The translations under genes and the position numbers were made by a program. Positions 1-10,288 of a stretch of 35,218 nt of DNA are shown here, piece by piece. The DNA is from a virus (taxonomy: Duplodnaviria > Caudoviricetes): the IMG/VR virus record IMGVR_UViG_3300020044_005149, positions 1-35,218 of that record. One strand, given 5' to 3'. Below the pieces are notes generated by a model. That model worked only from the letters and a program-made list of their open reading frames with translations, ran no database searches and was not told where the DNA came from. Position 1 is the first letter of the stretch. The number at the start of each line of letters is the position of its first letter.

Positions 1-121
1 AAGCTATTGATCAGGCGGTAAGCTATGGCAGATAAAAGATTTAGCGAAGCGGTAAAAAGCATTACCGCACAGATTGCAGGAACACCGCCAGCAGGCGTTT
101 CAATTTACTATCCAAACCAAA
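1..121. repeat. Terminal direct repeat, copy 1 (circular overlap)
   Basis: Bases 1-121 (aagctattga...tccaaaccaaa) are identical to 35098-35218, and the repeat lies inside the neck/tail-terminator gene junction. Confidence 0.97.
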
Positions 122-429
122 CAGGCTGGCAACAACCAGCAAACGCACCTTGGGCGCGGATTAATGTTATCAATACCGCATCAAATAACGTTGCCGTTGG
201 TGGTGGCGCTGCTTGGGTGCGTCGAAATGGCTTGCTAGTTATCGACGTGTTTACGCCTAAAGGCTCAGGCATTAACGGCAATCTTGCGCTGTGTGAAGCG
301 TTTATCGCGCTGTTAGAAAACACTGAATTCGGCAACGTAAAGACTTTCGAGGCTAACACTGCTAAAATTGAAGACGACCCTTGGTTGGGTTATCAAGTAA
401 CTATTAATTTTTATTGTGAGGGGTTCTAA
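25..429 (+). CDS. Tail terminator / tail completion protein
   Basis: 134 aa lying between the neck gene (34746-35132, across the junction) and the tail tube gene. It has the 'YYPN...PWARI...G.LVIDVFTPKG.G' pattern typical of siphophage tail terminators. Confidence 0.75.
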   Translation: MADKRFSEAVKSITAQIAGTPPAGVSIYYPNQTGWQQPANAPWARINVINTASNNVAVGGGAAWVRRNGLLVIDVFTPKGSGINGNLALCEAFIALLENTEFGNVKTFEANTAKIEDDPWLGYQVTINFYCEGF

Positions 430-431
430 CC

Positions 432-1613
432 ATGCCAACAACTGTAGCAGACCGTCAAATTGTTGGCGGTGATTGGAGATTCTACTTATCGGAACAAACC
501 GCAAAGGGCGCAATTAACGCTAACCCAGTTTTTACGCCAGTGCGGCGCACAAGTGGGCGCTTCAAGAAGTCAATCAGTTATACTCAGTCGAGTGAAGTAT
601 CATTGGATTTTAACGCTGTTAAGCAGATCCAAGATACGCGAGAGCTGATGGCGGAGATTTCGACCGAAGCGACAAAGCAAACCATTCACCTGTTATTGTC
701 TGCAATCCACGGTACTGAGCAAGTGGTTACTGTCACAGGCACAGGCATCGCGGCAACAGCGAGCGGCTTAACTGACTCAGGCAACGGCTTTACAAACCTG
801 TCGGTGGGCGATTTTATTTTTGTCACAGGCTTTGCGAATGCTGCGAACAACCGTACATACCGCATCACAGCAAAAGTAAGCAACGGCTCTATCAGTACTT
901 ATCCAGCGCCAGCAGCAACAGCCGCAGCGGGACCGTCAATTACTATTAGCTGCCGCAAAACCTACAACGCCAACACGCCAACATACTACGCAGGCCAAAA
1001 CCGCGTAATTGATGACATTGCAGTTGGCGACATCAACTACGACACGCCTTTTGATGGCTTAATCAATCAGCAAACGCTCGAAGTCGGCGAAACAGGTGTC
1101 ATCACTTCGACCGTTTCAATGATGTTTGAAAAAGACTCAGCGGCAGCCACTGCAATCAGCGGTCAAACTGATGCGGCACAGTTAACCGATGATCCATTAT
1201 CAGCAGTTCAGAACGTGGCAAACTGGTACTTTAATAACCTGGAAGCAATCTGCGTATTGAAGTCTGCCAACATCACTGTCAATAACAACTATCAGACCGA
1301 CCAAGCGGCAGGTTGTACGCCTCGCATGTCACGCGGCCAGTTTGAAGTAACAATGGACGGCGCTTCACGTTCAACTATTGCAAACTCAATGGCTGTGCGC
1401 AATCTTTACTATGCAGGCACGCGAGTTGCTTTCGGTGTTGAGTTTGATCATGGCGGCGGTCATAAGACTGTTATCCACCTGCCACAGGTTGTATTGACTG
1501 AGTGGGATATGGAAGATGGACAGAATGCAATCAGTGCTGATACATTCAGCGCAGCGGCTGAGAAGTCAACTGCGCTAGGTTACACGATTGCCGTTTTCCG
1601 TAACTGGTCATAA
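432..1613 (+). CDS. Major tail tube protein
   Basis: 393 aa, Thr/Ala/Gly-rich with an inserted beta domain. It sits directly upstream of the frameshifting chaperone and tape measure and is followed by a terminator. Confidence 0.85.
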   Translation: MPTTVADRQIVGGDWRFYLSEQTAKGAINANPVFTPVRRTSGRFKKSISYTQSSEVSLDFNAVKQIQDTRELMAEISTEATKQTIHLLLSAIHGTEQVVTVTGTGIAATASGLTDSGNGFTNLSVGDFIFVTGFANAANNRTYRITAKVSNGSISTYPAPAATAAAGPSITISCRKTYNANTPTYYAGQNRVIDDIAVGDINYDTPFDGLINQQTLEVGETGVITSTVSMMFEKDSAAATAISGQTDAAQLTDDPLSAVQNVANWYFNNLEAICVLKSANITVNNNYQTDQAAGCTPRMSRGQFEVTMDGASRSTIANSMAVRNLYYAGTRVAFGVEFDHGGGHKTVIHLPQVVLTEWDMEDGQNAISADTFSAAAEKSTALGYTIAVFRNWS

Positions 1614-1633
1614 TGATTGGCAAGGTATAAACT

Positions 1634-1654
1634 AGGCTCTTCGGAGCCTTTTTT
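1634..1654 (+). terminator. Rho-independent terminator
   Basis: AGGCTC-TTCG-GAGCCT hairpin followed by a T run. Confidence 0.85.
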
Positions 1655-1667
1655 ATTGGAGTGAAAA

Positions 1668-2072
1668 ATGAAACTATCAGACTATCAAGAATCTAAACAG
1701 CTACAGCAAGAAGGTGCGCCAATAGCTGTTGGTGACTCTGTTTTCTATGTGCGCAGGCTTGGCACAAAAGAAAGCCAAGAAGCGATTAAAAACATTCGGC
1801 AGCAGCTTTACGGGCCATTTCACAAGATGTCAGAGGTTGACAATAACCGCCTTTACGGTCATTGGCTGACTGAGTACGGCGTTACAGGTTGGTCGAATGT
1901 TGAAGACCAAGACGGCGCACTCGAATACAGCAAAGAAGCAGCGCGAAACATCTTTACCAATCCAGAATACTTTTTGTCATTGAATGACTTGCTAATCAGC
2001 GCGGCTTTACGCTTTGAAAACTATCTACACGATGAAGCGCAAACAGACGGAGACAAGCTCGAAAAAAAGTAG
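1668..2072 (+). CDS. Tail assembly chaperone (gpG-like)
   Basis: 134 aa with a GGAG RBS, between tube and tape measure. It ends in GAA AAA AAG TAG, a slippery site. Confidence 0.85.
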   Translation: MKLSDYQESKQLQQEGAPIAVGDSVFYVRRLGTKESQEAIKNIRQQLYGPFHKMSEVDNNRLYGHWLTEYGVTGWSNVEDQDGALEYSKEAARNIFTNPEYFLSLNDLLISAALRFENYLHDEAQTDGDKLEKK

Positions 2073-2091
2073 CGACCGACTTTAGCGGTCG
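2049..2091 (+). promoter_or_regulatory. Programmed -1 ribosomal frameshift signal
   Basis: A_AAA_AAG heptamer at 2063-2069, SD-like GGAG 10 nt upstream (2049-2052) and hairpin CGACCG-actttag-CGGTCG at 2073-2091. The -1 frame stays open to 2419. Confidence 0.85.
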
Positions 2092-2419
2092 GGATTTGCA
2101 AGCGGATTACCAAGCAGCGTTACAGATGGACAAGTTCGGCGGCACTAATCACGCAGCAGCGGTGCTAAAAGAGCTTGAAGCGGTTGAGCTTGACGAAAGG
2201 CAGCAGTCATTGCTTTACGCTTTCTATGAGGCGCGTAGAGACTGCGAACCAGATAGGCGCGCATCATTAGCGACATTGCACCAAGTCACTGCTACAATAA
2301 GCTATGAGCAAGATTTGGCTGTGTCTGTGTTAAAGCGACTGGATGATCATCTGATGAAGCTAATCAACGACAAGCGGCAAAAAGAGATTGACGCAATAAA
2401 GCGCAAGGGGGCGAAGTGA
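2069..2419 (+). CDS. C-terminal extension of the tail chaperone (gpGT-like, via -1 frameshift)
   Basis: The -1 frame reads VATDFSGRDLQADYQ... from the slippery site. The listed ORF 2096-2419 has only a TTG start and no clear RBS. Confidence 0.8.
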   Translation, partial: VATDFSGRDLQADYQAALQMDKFGGTNHAAAVLKELEAVELDERQQSLLYAFYEARRDCEPDRRASLATLHQVTATISYEQDLAVSVLKRLDDHLMKLINDKRQKEIDAIKRKGAK

Positions 2420-4437
2420 CCGATAAAATTATCCGAGTTAAGATTGAAGCGGGCGACAGCAAGATCCAGATTGAAAAGCTAGATAATGCCATGACTGAGC
2501 TTGGCGCATCAACTAACCAAGTTGTTGCAACGACCAACACAGCAGGAAAAACAATTGAGGCTTTCGGAATTCGTTTATCTGACGCTGATATTGCGCTTGG
2601 TCGGTTCATTGATAAGACTGGCAGAGTTCACGATGCTACAGGTCAGTTTACCTCTGGTTTCCTCGCAAGCGGTCAATCAGTAAAAGATTTTGCAATGCAG
2701 GTAAATGCCGCAAGCGGTCTAAATACTGATTTAACAAAGACTGCAAAAGGCGTTAAAGATGCCGTTGATGGCAGCTCAAACTCTTTAGGGAGCTTCGGCA
2801 GATCAGCTGGCCAAGCTGGTATGCAAATTCAACAATTAGTCGGACAGGTTCAAGGCGGCGTTTCGCCATTTGTTGCATTATCACAACAAGCAGCAGACCT
2901 TGGTTTTGTGCTTGGCTTTCCGTTACTTGGTGCTGTTGTAGGTATTGGCGCTGCATTGGCTGGTCCACTAGTGGCAGCATTTACCGAGGCAGAAGAAAAG
3001 GCGGATAAGTTTAAAGATACGCTAAAAGCCATTGAAGAAACGCAAGAAGAATTTAAAAATAACGCCGTAACCATCGAAGTCAATAAGCTGAACAATGAAT
3101 TTGCAGCGCAGCAGCGCATCATTGACGATTTAAAGCGCAAGCAAGAGCAATACATTGAAGCCATGAAAAGCGGCGGCAATGCTCAATCGGCATATTCAGC
3201 TATTTTGTTTGAGATTTCCAGTCAGTTAACAGAAGCAAGTGCGAAGCAGAAAGACCTTGCTGATAAAATCTCAGAAGTTACCAGCGCGAGCCTAGCAAAC
3301 AAGGCTGCTACTGACGCACAAGCTGAGTCGGTCAAATCTATGGTTGAAAGCTTAGAGCTTCAACGTGTAACGCTTGAGCAAGGACAGCTTGAGGGTAAAC
3401 TATACGCAGCAGCGCAGAAATTGCAGTTAGATAGTCTCGAAGCGTTACCACCGATGATTGTTGAAAACATCATTGCCATCCACGAGTTAGAACAGGCGCA
3501 AAAGGCACAAAAAGAAGCGGCTCAAGAGCTTGTCAGAGTTAACAGAGAGCAAGAGCAGCAAGCCAAACAAAAAGCCCGTGATGATGAGCAGGAAGCTAGA
3601 CGAGTTGAGCGAGAGCAGCAACGCATCGATCAACGCATTGCTAACATGCGGCTTGAGACGCAAACAATGGCGAGCGAGATTGCATTACAGCAAGGCTTGC
3701 TCGATGGCAAGTTTAGCGCTGAACAGGCTCAGCTTGCGGCACAAACTGCATCTAAAATCATGGCGGCTTCTACTGAGTACGAACAGTTGAGAGCGTTGGC
3801 GGCAGATGATAAGGCTCGACAATTAGAGGCTGAAGTTGCATTCAAGGAGCAACTAAAAGCAATCAATGAGCAGTATGCAATGGATCAGGATGCGCTTTCA
3901 GCTAATACAATGCTGAATCAAGCACAATACGCGCAACAGCTAAGAGATATTCAGTTTAACTCAGCACAAACAGCATTAAATGCCATGTCATCATTCACGA
4001 AGCAAGGCTCAGCACTACAGAAAGGTTTATTTCTAGCGCTTAAAGGTGTTCAGGCTGCACAGGCTTACACTAGCGGCTTAACGGCTGCAATGCTTGCAAG
4101 GGCGACTATTCCATACCCTGCAAGCGAGCCTATTGCAGCAGCACAAATCGCTGCGGGTAAAATATCGGCGGCGGCAATCATGGCAACTGGTATTGCTGGC
4201 GCTTTTGGTGGTGGCGGTGGTTCTATTGGCGGCGGTGGCGGCAACTACTCACCAAGCGCGCCAACACTCCCAACAACGCCACAATCAGCGCCGCAGGTTG
4301 GCAGCTTTGAGATAACTGGTTTAGCTGGATTGCAGGAGCAACTTGATAGATTGGACAATGACGAAGTTTTACCAGTATCATTTACCAAGCGGCTTGTTGC
4401 TAGTTTAGAATCAGTTCAACGCTTACAAGGAGCATAA
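2416..4437 (+). CDS. Tape measure protein
   Basis: 673 aa, Ala/Gln/Glu-rich coiled coil with a 'Q.QQ...QVQGG......SQQ..DL' motif and a hydrophobic stretch, in the canonical position. Confidence 0.9.
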   Translation: MTDKIIRVKIEAGDSKIQIEKLDNAMTELGASTNQVVATTNTAGKTIEAFGIRLSDADIALGRFIDKTGRVHDATGQFTSGFLASGQSVKDFAMQVNAASGLNTDLTKTAKGVKDAVDGSSNSLGSFGRSAGQAGMQIQQLVGQVQGGVSPFVALSQQAADLGFVLGFPLLGAVVGIGAALAGPLVAAFTEAEEKADKFKDTLKAIEETQEEFKNNAVTIEVNKLNNEFAAQQRIIDDLKRKQEQYIEAMKSGGNAQSAYSAILFEISSQLTEASAKQKDLADKISEVTSASLANKAATDAQAESVKSMVESLELQRVTLEQGQLEGKLYAAAQKLQLDSLEALPPMIVENIIAIHELEQAQKAQKEAAQELVRVNREQEQQAKQKARDDEQEARRVEREQQRIDQRIANMRLETQTMASEIALQQGLLDGKFSAEQAQLAAQTASKIMAASTEYEQLRALAADDKARQLEAEVAFKEQLKAINEQYAMDQDALSANTMLNQAQYAQQLRDIQFNSAQTALNAMSSFTKQGSALQKGLFLALKGVQAAQAYTSGLTAAMLARATIPYPASEPIAAAQIAAGKISAAAIMATGIAGAFGGGGGSIGGGGGNYSPSAPTLPTTPQSAPQVGSFEITGLAGLQEQLDRLDNDEVLPVSFTKRLVASLESVQRLQGA

Positions 4438-4438
4438 A

Positions 4439-5209
4439 TTGGATATTTTCTTATCGCCTGAAAGCGTTGTTGCTGGCGGTTCAAACACGAAAGCAACTTT
4501 CATCCTTTATCAAAACGCCATGCAAGGTGCAACTGTTGTCACTGGCGGCGATGTTTCTGCGCTGCACGACTGGATGACAAACATTTTTTACAGCAAGGCA
4601 GCAGGCTCAAACACTGTTGAACTATCATTCACTAGCCAGCCTGTTAACTGTGTCGGACTTGCTGGCGTAAACTGGTTATCTGGCGGCGTGGATTGCGATT
4701 TTTACACATGGAACGGCTCAGCATGGGTGCTGCAATGCAATCTAACAGCAGATGAAGACCACAAGCCAGTAATGCGCGTATTCACGCAGGTAGAAACAAC
4801 TAAAGTTCGTTTTGTGTTCACATCAACAGCAACGCTTTATGTTGGAGAAGCCGCTTTTGGTGAGGCTTTGCAAATGCCGTCTTTGCCTGCCGTTGGTTTG
4901 CAGCCTGGCGAATGGTCAGACGATGACGAAATCACAGCAAGCACAACTCAAAGTCTAAATCTTGGCGCGTCAACCATCGAGCGCAAAGGCTCAACACAGG
5001 TAATGCAGTTTAATTATATTTCACCTGATTTTATGGATGGTCAGTTTACGCAGTTTAGAAAGATTGCCAAAGGTCGCCCAGTGTGGTGCGGCTGGAATCA
5101 ATACGACAGACAAGGTGCGGTTATTTTCGGCCATTGGGAAGCGTCAAAGCCTAAATTTGACACCAGCTATTTCACCTCGCTGCAACTGACAATCAAGGGG
5201 GTTGTATGA
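4439..5209 (+). CDS. Distal tail / tail tip protein
   Basis: 256 aa, beta-rich, immediately after the tape measure gene. TTG start. Confidence 0.6.
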   Translation: MDIFLSPESVVAGGSNTKATFILYQNAMQGATVVTGGDVSALHDWMTNIFYSKAAGSNTVELSFTSQPVNCVGLAGVNWLSGGVDCDFYTWNGSAWVLQCNLTADEDHKPVMRVFTQVETTKVRFVFTSTATLYVGEAAFGEALQMPSLPAVGLQPGEWSDDDEITASTTQSLNLGASTIERKGSTQVMQFNYISPDFMDGQFTQFRKIAKGRPVWCGWNQYDRQGAVIFGHWEASKPKFDTSYFTSLQLTIKGVV

Positions 5210-7536
5210 GCTTTGACAGCCTAAAAGTGCAATCTCAGCGCGAGTTATGCGTTATCTTTGAAATTGATTTGGACATTAATGATCCAGCTTTTGACAGTGA
5301 GTTTGCGCTTGATCCGTCAAGCTATGGCACACCAAAGACAACCAATGATATTCGTGCTTACAAAGAAGGCGAGTTTCGCACATATCGCTACTCAAATCAG
5401 CGGATAGTTAACTTAGATTGCTTTCCGTACCTAATGGACGCGAAAAGCAACGCGCCTAAAGCTAATCCAGGTATTGACATCGGTTTCAGGGCTTCGGCAA
5501 ATATCACGCTGAAAGACTTTGTGAGTACTGACGCATACGAACTACAAGGCTTATACGCTGACCGCCGGGTGACTGGGTCACATTGGGCCAAGTTATTTGC
5601 TCGCAACTTCATCAAGAACCGCCCCGCTCGCATTAAGCGAGGTTATTTGGTCAATGGCGTTTATGATGCGGCTAACTTCAACACTGAACACTATATTGTC
5701 GATGAGTACCAAAATCCGACACTGAGCGCCAACGTTACTTTTTCATTAGTTGACGTTTTAGCATTAACCAACGGCATCAACGCCAAAGCGCCTGAAACAA
5801 GCAACGCCACGTTAAACGCAGCAATCACTACAGCAAGCACGACTGCGACTATCACGCTTGAGGATGGTTTGACGGCTGCGGAAATAGAAGCGAAGTTTGG
5901 CGCGAATGGTGCAACGGGCACTTTAGCCATTGATAGCGAATACATGGGCTACACAGTCACAAGCGCTACGGGTGTCGCGCCTGTTGTTGTATCGCTTACT
6001 CGCGCTCAATTCGGCACAGCTTTAGCGGCTCACGATATTAATTCAACAGTACAGCGCTGCGTTGCTTGGCCTAGTTTAACCAATATCGTAGACATCATTG
6101 ACGAGCTGATCCGAGATTACACTGACATAGACGAAAGCTACATCCCGTCAACTGAATGGGATGCACTGAAAGCGGGCGAGCTATCAGGTTTCATGCTGAA
6201 AAACTGCATTGCAAAAGAGACTGAGATCAAATCGCTGCTAAATCAGTTGATACAAATCGCTGGTCTGACAATGTATGTCGATGTAGTTGAGCGCAAGATA
6301 AAAATCACTGCAACGCCAAACTTCGATGCGCCAGTTATCACGCTCAACCAATCGCAACACATCGAGCAGGGTACACTGCAAGTCAAAAACAAGTTCGATA
6401 AGTTGGTCACAAGGCAGCTAGTAAGTTGGGCACCTGTTGACTATTCAAGCGAAGAGCAGCGCAACTACGCCAAGACATTCAGAGTCGCAGCGATCCTTGA
6501 GGAAGATAAAAGCAGGCTTGGCACTAAAAACGCGGGGGCTGATGTTGTTAGTCGGTGGCTACCTAATACGCCAGATGGCAATCAGATTGCCACAGGCATT
6601 GCGCAGCGTAACGTTGCGCGGTTCAGTCAAGTTCCTGTTGAGGTATCGTTTGAGGTAGATTCAGCTTACATCGGCACAGTTGCAGGCGGTCGCATGTGGC
6701 TTGGTTCAGTGTTTGCCATCGAGACAATCAGCGAAGTTTATTGCAACGGAGCTTTTGAGCCTGAGGTTTTGATTTGCCAATGCACAAGCGTAGTCGCAGC
6801 AAGTAAGGCGGATAAATGGCGCATCACAGGCATTAGCTACAAAGCAAACGTACCGCCAAACGCTGACTATTACATTGCGGCAGGTGAGTATTTTAACTAC
6901 ATCCTTTCGGATAACTTTAGTTTTACCGAGGCGCGAGAATACACAGTTGTAATCAGCTCAGGCGCAATATTCGGTTCAACATCCGAGGCTTGGGCATCAT
7001 TCAGACAAGGAACATTTCCAAGCGGCGCAACGCTTCGCATCATCAACCAAGGGCAGTTTATTGGTATCGGTGGCGTTGGTGGTTCTGGCGCAACGCCTGA
7101 ATGGGACCCTGAATTAGTCGCCTGTCTGGATGTTGTCGGTAATTTCGGTTCTCTTGGTGGCGCGGGCTGTGAGTTTACGACTAACGCAGTGATTGACAAC
7201 ACTTTCGGCTTAATCGCTGGCGGCGGGCAAGGCGGTAAAGGTGGTAACGGTCGCTGCATTAGTCCGACTGTTATTTATCCTGGCGCTGGTGGTGGTGGCG
7301 GTCAGGGTTTTGCTGGTGGCTTGGGCGGCGTTGCTGGTTCAGGCTCTGTTTCTTCGGGCGCGGGCTTTGTTGGCGATAAGAATTACGCTGGCGCTGGCGG
7401 TGTTGGCTACACAGCGTCAGAAGATGGATTTGCTGGATTTGGTCTTGGTAGCGCCCCGTCAATCATTACAAACGGCAACACGGTAACAATAACAGGCGGT
7501 AATAACGCAGAGCAGGTGCGTGGCGCGATTGTTTAA
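5206..7536 (+). CDS. Baseplate hub / central tail tip protein with glycine-rich C-terminus
   Basis: 776 aa with a 'TRAQFGT..AAH' motif and GGxGG repeats at the C-terminus. ATGA overlap with the upstream gene. Confidence 0.7.
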   Translation: MSFDSLKVQSQRELCVIFEIDLDINDPAFDSEFALDPSSYGTPKTTNDIRAYKEGEFRTYRYSNQRIVNLDCFPYLMDAKSNAPKANPGIDIGFRASANITLKDFVSTDAYELQGLYADRRVTGSHWAKLFARNFIKNRPARIKRGYLVNGVYDAANFNTEHYIVDEYQNPTLSANVTFSLVDVLALTNGINAKAPETSNATLNAAITTASTTATITLEDGLTAAEIEAKFGANGATGTLAIDSEYMGYTVTSATGVAPVVVSLTRAQFGTALAAHDINSTVQRCVAWPSLTNIVDIIDELIRDYTDIDESYIPSTEWDALKAGELSGFMLKNCIAKETEIKSLLNQLIQIAGLTMYVDVVERKIKITATPNFDAPVITLNQSQHIEQGTLQVKNKFDKLVTRQLVSWAPVDYSSEEQRNYAKTFRVAAILEEDKSRLGTKNAGADVVSRWLPNTPDGNQIATGIAQRNVARFSQVPVEVSFEVDSAYIGTVAGGRMWLGSVFAIETISEVYCNGAFEPEVLICQCTSVVAASKADKWRITGISYKANVPPNADYYIAAGEYFNYILSDNFSFTEAREYTVVISSGAIFGSTSEAWASFRQGTFPSGATLRIINQGQFIGIGGVGGSGATPEWDPELVACLDVVGNFGSLGGAGCEFTTNAVIDNTFGLIAGGGQGGKGGNGRCISPTVIYPGAGGGGGQGFAGGLGGVAGSGSVSSGAGFVGDKNYAGAGGVGYTASEDGFAGFGLGSAPSIITNGNTVTITGGNNAEQVRGAIV

Positions 7537-7574
7537 TATAAACTAGACTGATTATTAAACGGAGATTTCAAGCA

Positions 7575-9902
7575 ATGCAGAAATATAACGGTCAACTAAT
7601 TCGTCAATTTGCATCAAGCGTAACAGGTAACGCAGCAAGCGGTGTTACTGTCACGGTGCGCAAACAGTCTGACAACTCATTGGCAACGCTTTATGTTGAG
7701 AATAATATTGCAGGTGCTACTTTGTCGAATCCTTTAACAACTGGTTCAACTGGGCACTTTGCGTTTTATGCTGCCGATGGCGTTTACACGCTGGCTTTTT
7801 CAGACAACACCCCGCAGCAAGTAATTCAGTTGCAAGATACCGTTGAACTGCAAGAGCAATTCGATAACGCAGTTGCAAATGCTGGCTACATTCCAAGCGG
7901 GATGTTTGCAGCAGGCGCGACATTGACGCAGGCTAATCAAGTGCTTTCTGATGGCTCGTCGTATTGGCGTTGGGATGGCTCATTTCCAAAGACCGTAACA
8001 GCGGGGAGTGCACCAACCCCAACAGGCGTTGGCGGCTGGTTTGTTGTTAGTGATTTTGCAGTAAGGCAGGATTTAAGTGATGGCAAGATCAACGGGATTG
8101 GTTTTGTTACTCCTGAAATGCACGGAGGCAGCATTCAGGCCGCCATCACTGCCGCAGGCGTTAACGGCGTTATTTCATTAAAGCCCAAACAGACTTATGT
8201 TGTTGACAGAGAAATAACAATGCTAGACGGTCAAACATTGATCGGAAATAAGGCTGTTATCAAGCGAGTTAACCAAGTTGTCACAACCACAACAACTGCC
8301 ATCACTGCTGGCGTTACAACTTCAGTTACGCTTACGAGTGCAACTGGCTTTTCCATAGGCCAAGAAGTTGCATTTGCTCAAAATGGCGTCGCAAGGGGGA
8401 GTTTGGTTTTTGGTGTAAGCTTATCTGTAAAACGCACTATAACAAACATAGTTGGCAACATCATCACATTAAATGCAGCGCCAGACATTAACCTAACATC
8501 GGGATCAACTTGCTTCTTGGCTTTTGTTTCTGTTGAGATGGCTGAGGATTGCGAAGTTAGCGGATTAAGATTCGACGGAAACAAGGCGAATTGGTCTTAT
8601 AATAGGTGGGAGGTTATTTGCGAGTTAAGCACTCTAAGCGGAAAGAATGGACAGCTTATTGAAAATAACCTGTTTATCAATAGTCCAAGCGAGTGCATCA
8701 TCCCATTCGGCGACGACTGCTTAATCAGCAACAATAAATTCAAAGACTCTAATGGGAACGCGGTGCATCTCAGCGGTGTGCAGAATTGTATTATTAGCAA
8801 AAACATTGGCAAGAATGGTAACATCGATTCAGCTGTTGGTCATCAAGACGGCTTTGTTTCGGTGTCTAACGAGAACCTGCAAATCATTATCTCAGATAAC
8901 ATTGCGCGGCAGTACATCTCAGGCGTTGGTGCTATCAATGGCACAGATGACGACTTCACTGTGAGCGGCAATGATTTCTATGATATGTACTGTTTCGGTA
9001 TCGAGGGCGGTTCTGACGTTGCCAATGTCACGATCACGGGGAATCGTATTAAAAACGTACCGACCAACACTGCTGCAAGACCAGGCAGCCCGAACTATGG
9101 CGGAATTGTACTCACTGCGTTAACCAGTGGCAAGTACACGATTGTCAATAACATAGTTTCTGGCGTTGTTGGCACAAACAGAGGTCTAGCGATAAGTGGT
9201 ACAACTGGCAACGCTGCAAATGGATTTACTGTAAACAACAACCAGTTTGACGGAACAAGCATTGTTAGCAACATTTCTGATTATGAAATGGCTTCCAACA
9301 AGTTTAACGGTCAGCTAACTATTGGTACTAGCGTTCGGGGCGATATCCACCACAATCGAGTGAGTGTTGCGGCTGGCGTTGTAGCTGTTCAGCTTAATGC
9401 ATCAAACACTTATGAAGATATTTCAATCTGCGACAACAAAATACAGGGCGGAATTTTCGGGCTATCACTTACATCGAATGCCACTTTATACAAAGGGATC
9501 AGCGTTAAGCGCAACAAGTTCTATAACCAAACAAACAGAGGTTTTAACTTCGAGACTTTCGCCAACACTTTGAGCGGCATGTGGATTGAGGATAATGAGT
9601 TCTTTACTGGGCCAGATGCGCTGACAAGTTACATTGGATGCGTAATGTACGCAAACGATGTGACTGTTGCCAGAAATAAATGCATCAATGATGGTGCAGC
9701 GGGCACTCGGATCGGCATAACAGCAGCTGTAGGCGGTACAAAAACAAACGTGCTTATATATGATAACGAAGTTAGGGGCGATTGGTCGCACACTATACTA
9801 CTAACCGCGAGCACTGGTGTTTATGCCTCTAGAAACTTGCTGAAAACAAAAGATGTAAGCAATCCAACGGGCAACTTTGTGACAGGATCAGTGGTGTTCT
9901 AA
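7575..9902 (+). CDS. Tailspike / receptor-binding protein with right-handed beta-helix (putative depolymerase)
   Basis: N-terminal virion-attachment region including 'YWRWDGSFPKTV.AGS.P'. Extensive Asn-ladder repeats ('ISNNKF', 'ITGNRI', 'IVNNIV') are typical of pectate-lyase-like folds. Confidence 0.85.
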   Translation: MQKYNGQLIRQFASSVTGNAASGVTVTVRKQSDNSLATLYVENNIAGATLSNPLTTGSTGHFAFYAADGVYTLAFSDNTPQQVIQLQDTVELQEQFDNAVANAGYIPSGMFAAGATLTQANQVLSDGSSYWRWDGSFPKTVTAGSAPTPTGVGGWFVVSDFAVRQDLSDGKINGIGFVTPEMHGGSIQAAITAAGVNGVISLKPKQTYVVDREITMLDGQTLIGNKAVIKRVNQVVTTTTTAITAGVTTSVTLTSATGFSIGQEVAFAQNGVARGSLVFGVSLSVKRTITNIVGNIITLNAAPDINLTSGSTCFLAFVSVEMAEDCEVSGLRFDGNKANWSYNRWEVICELSTLSGKNGQLIENNLFINSPSECIIPFGDDCLISNNKFKDSNGNAVHLSGVQNCIISKNIGKNGNIDSAVGHQDGFVSVSNENLQIIISDNIARQYISGVGAINGTDDDFTVSGNDFYDMYCFGIEGGSDVANVTITGNRIKNVPTNTAARPGSPNYGGIVLTALTSGKYTIVNNIVSGVVGTNRGLAISGTTGNAANGFTVNNNQFDGTSIVSNISDYEMASNKFNGQLTIGTSVRGDIHHNRVSVAAGVVAVQLNASNTYEDISICDNKIQGGIFGLSLTSNATLYKGISVKRNKFYNQTNRGFNFETFANTLSGMWIEDNEFFTGPDALTSYIGCVMYANDVTVARNKCINDGAAGTRIGITAAVGGTKTNVLIYDNEVRGDWSHTILLTASTGVYASRNLLKTKDVSNPTGNFVTGSVVF

Positions 9903-10288
9903 TGCTAACAATCAAACGCTGGTATCATAACGATTGCACTATCGGGCGGCTCACGCTGTCTGGTAGTGCGTTTCAGTGCTTTACTTTGGAATTGCCGTGG
10001 AAGGAAAACGAGCGCGGCGTAAGTTGTATTCCAAAAGGCAAGTATCAAGCCTTTAAGCGTCAATCGCCCAAGAATGGCTCGGTTGTCGAATTCCTGAATG
10101 TACCGCAGCGGTCAAATATTCAGATTCATGCGGGGAACTACACGCGGCAAATTGAAGGCTGCATCTTGGTTGGTGTAAGCGTTGCCTTCTTGGATTCTGA
10201 CTCAATACCAGACGTTGCCAACTCAAAGGTTACACTTGATAAACTATTGGCTTTATTGCCTGATAAATTCGAGGTGGAAATATTATGA
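9902..10288 (+). CDS. DUF5675-family putative endolysin
   Basis: 'TIGRL...TLELPW..N....SCIP.G.Y...SPK.G...VP.RS.I.IHAGN.....GCILVG' motif, adjacent to a holin-like gene. Confidence 0.75.
   Translation: MLTIKRWYHNDCTIGRLTLSGSAFQCFTLELPWKENERGVSCIPKGKYQAFKRQSPKNGSVVEFLNVPQRSNIQIHAGNYTRQIEGCILVGVSVAFLDSDSIPDVANSKVTLDKLLALLPDKFEVEIL

Noticed and set aside
7060-7450. GGC/GGT repeats as a DGR or VNTR
   Set aside because: Explained by glycine-rich coding. There is no reverse transcriptase or template repeat.
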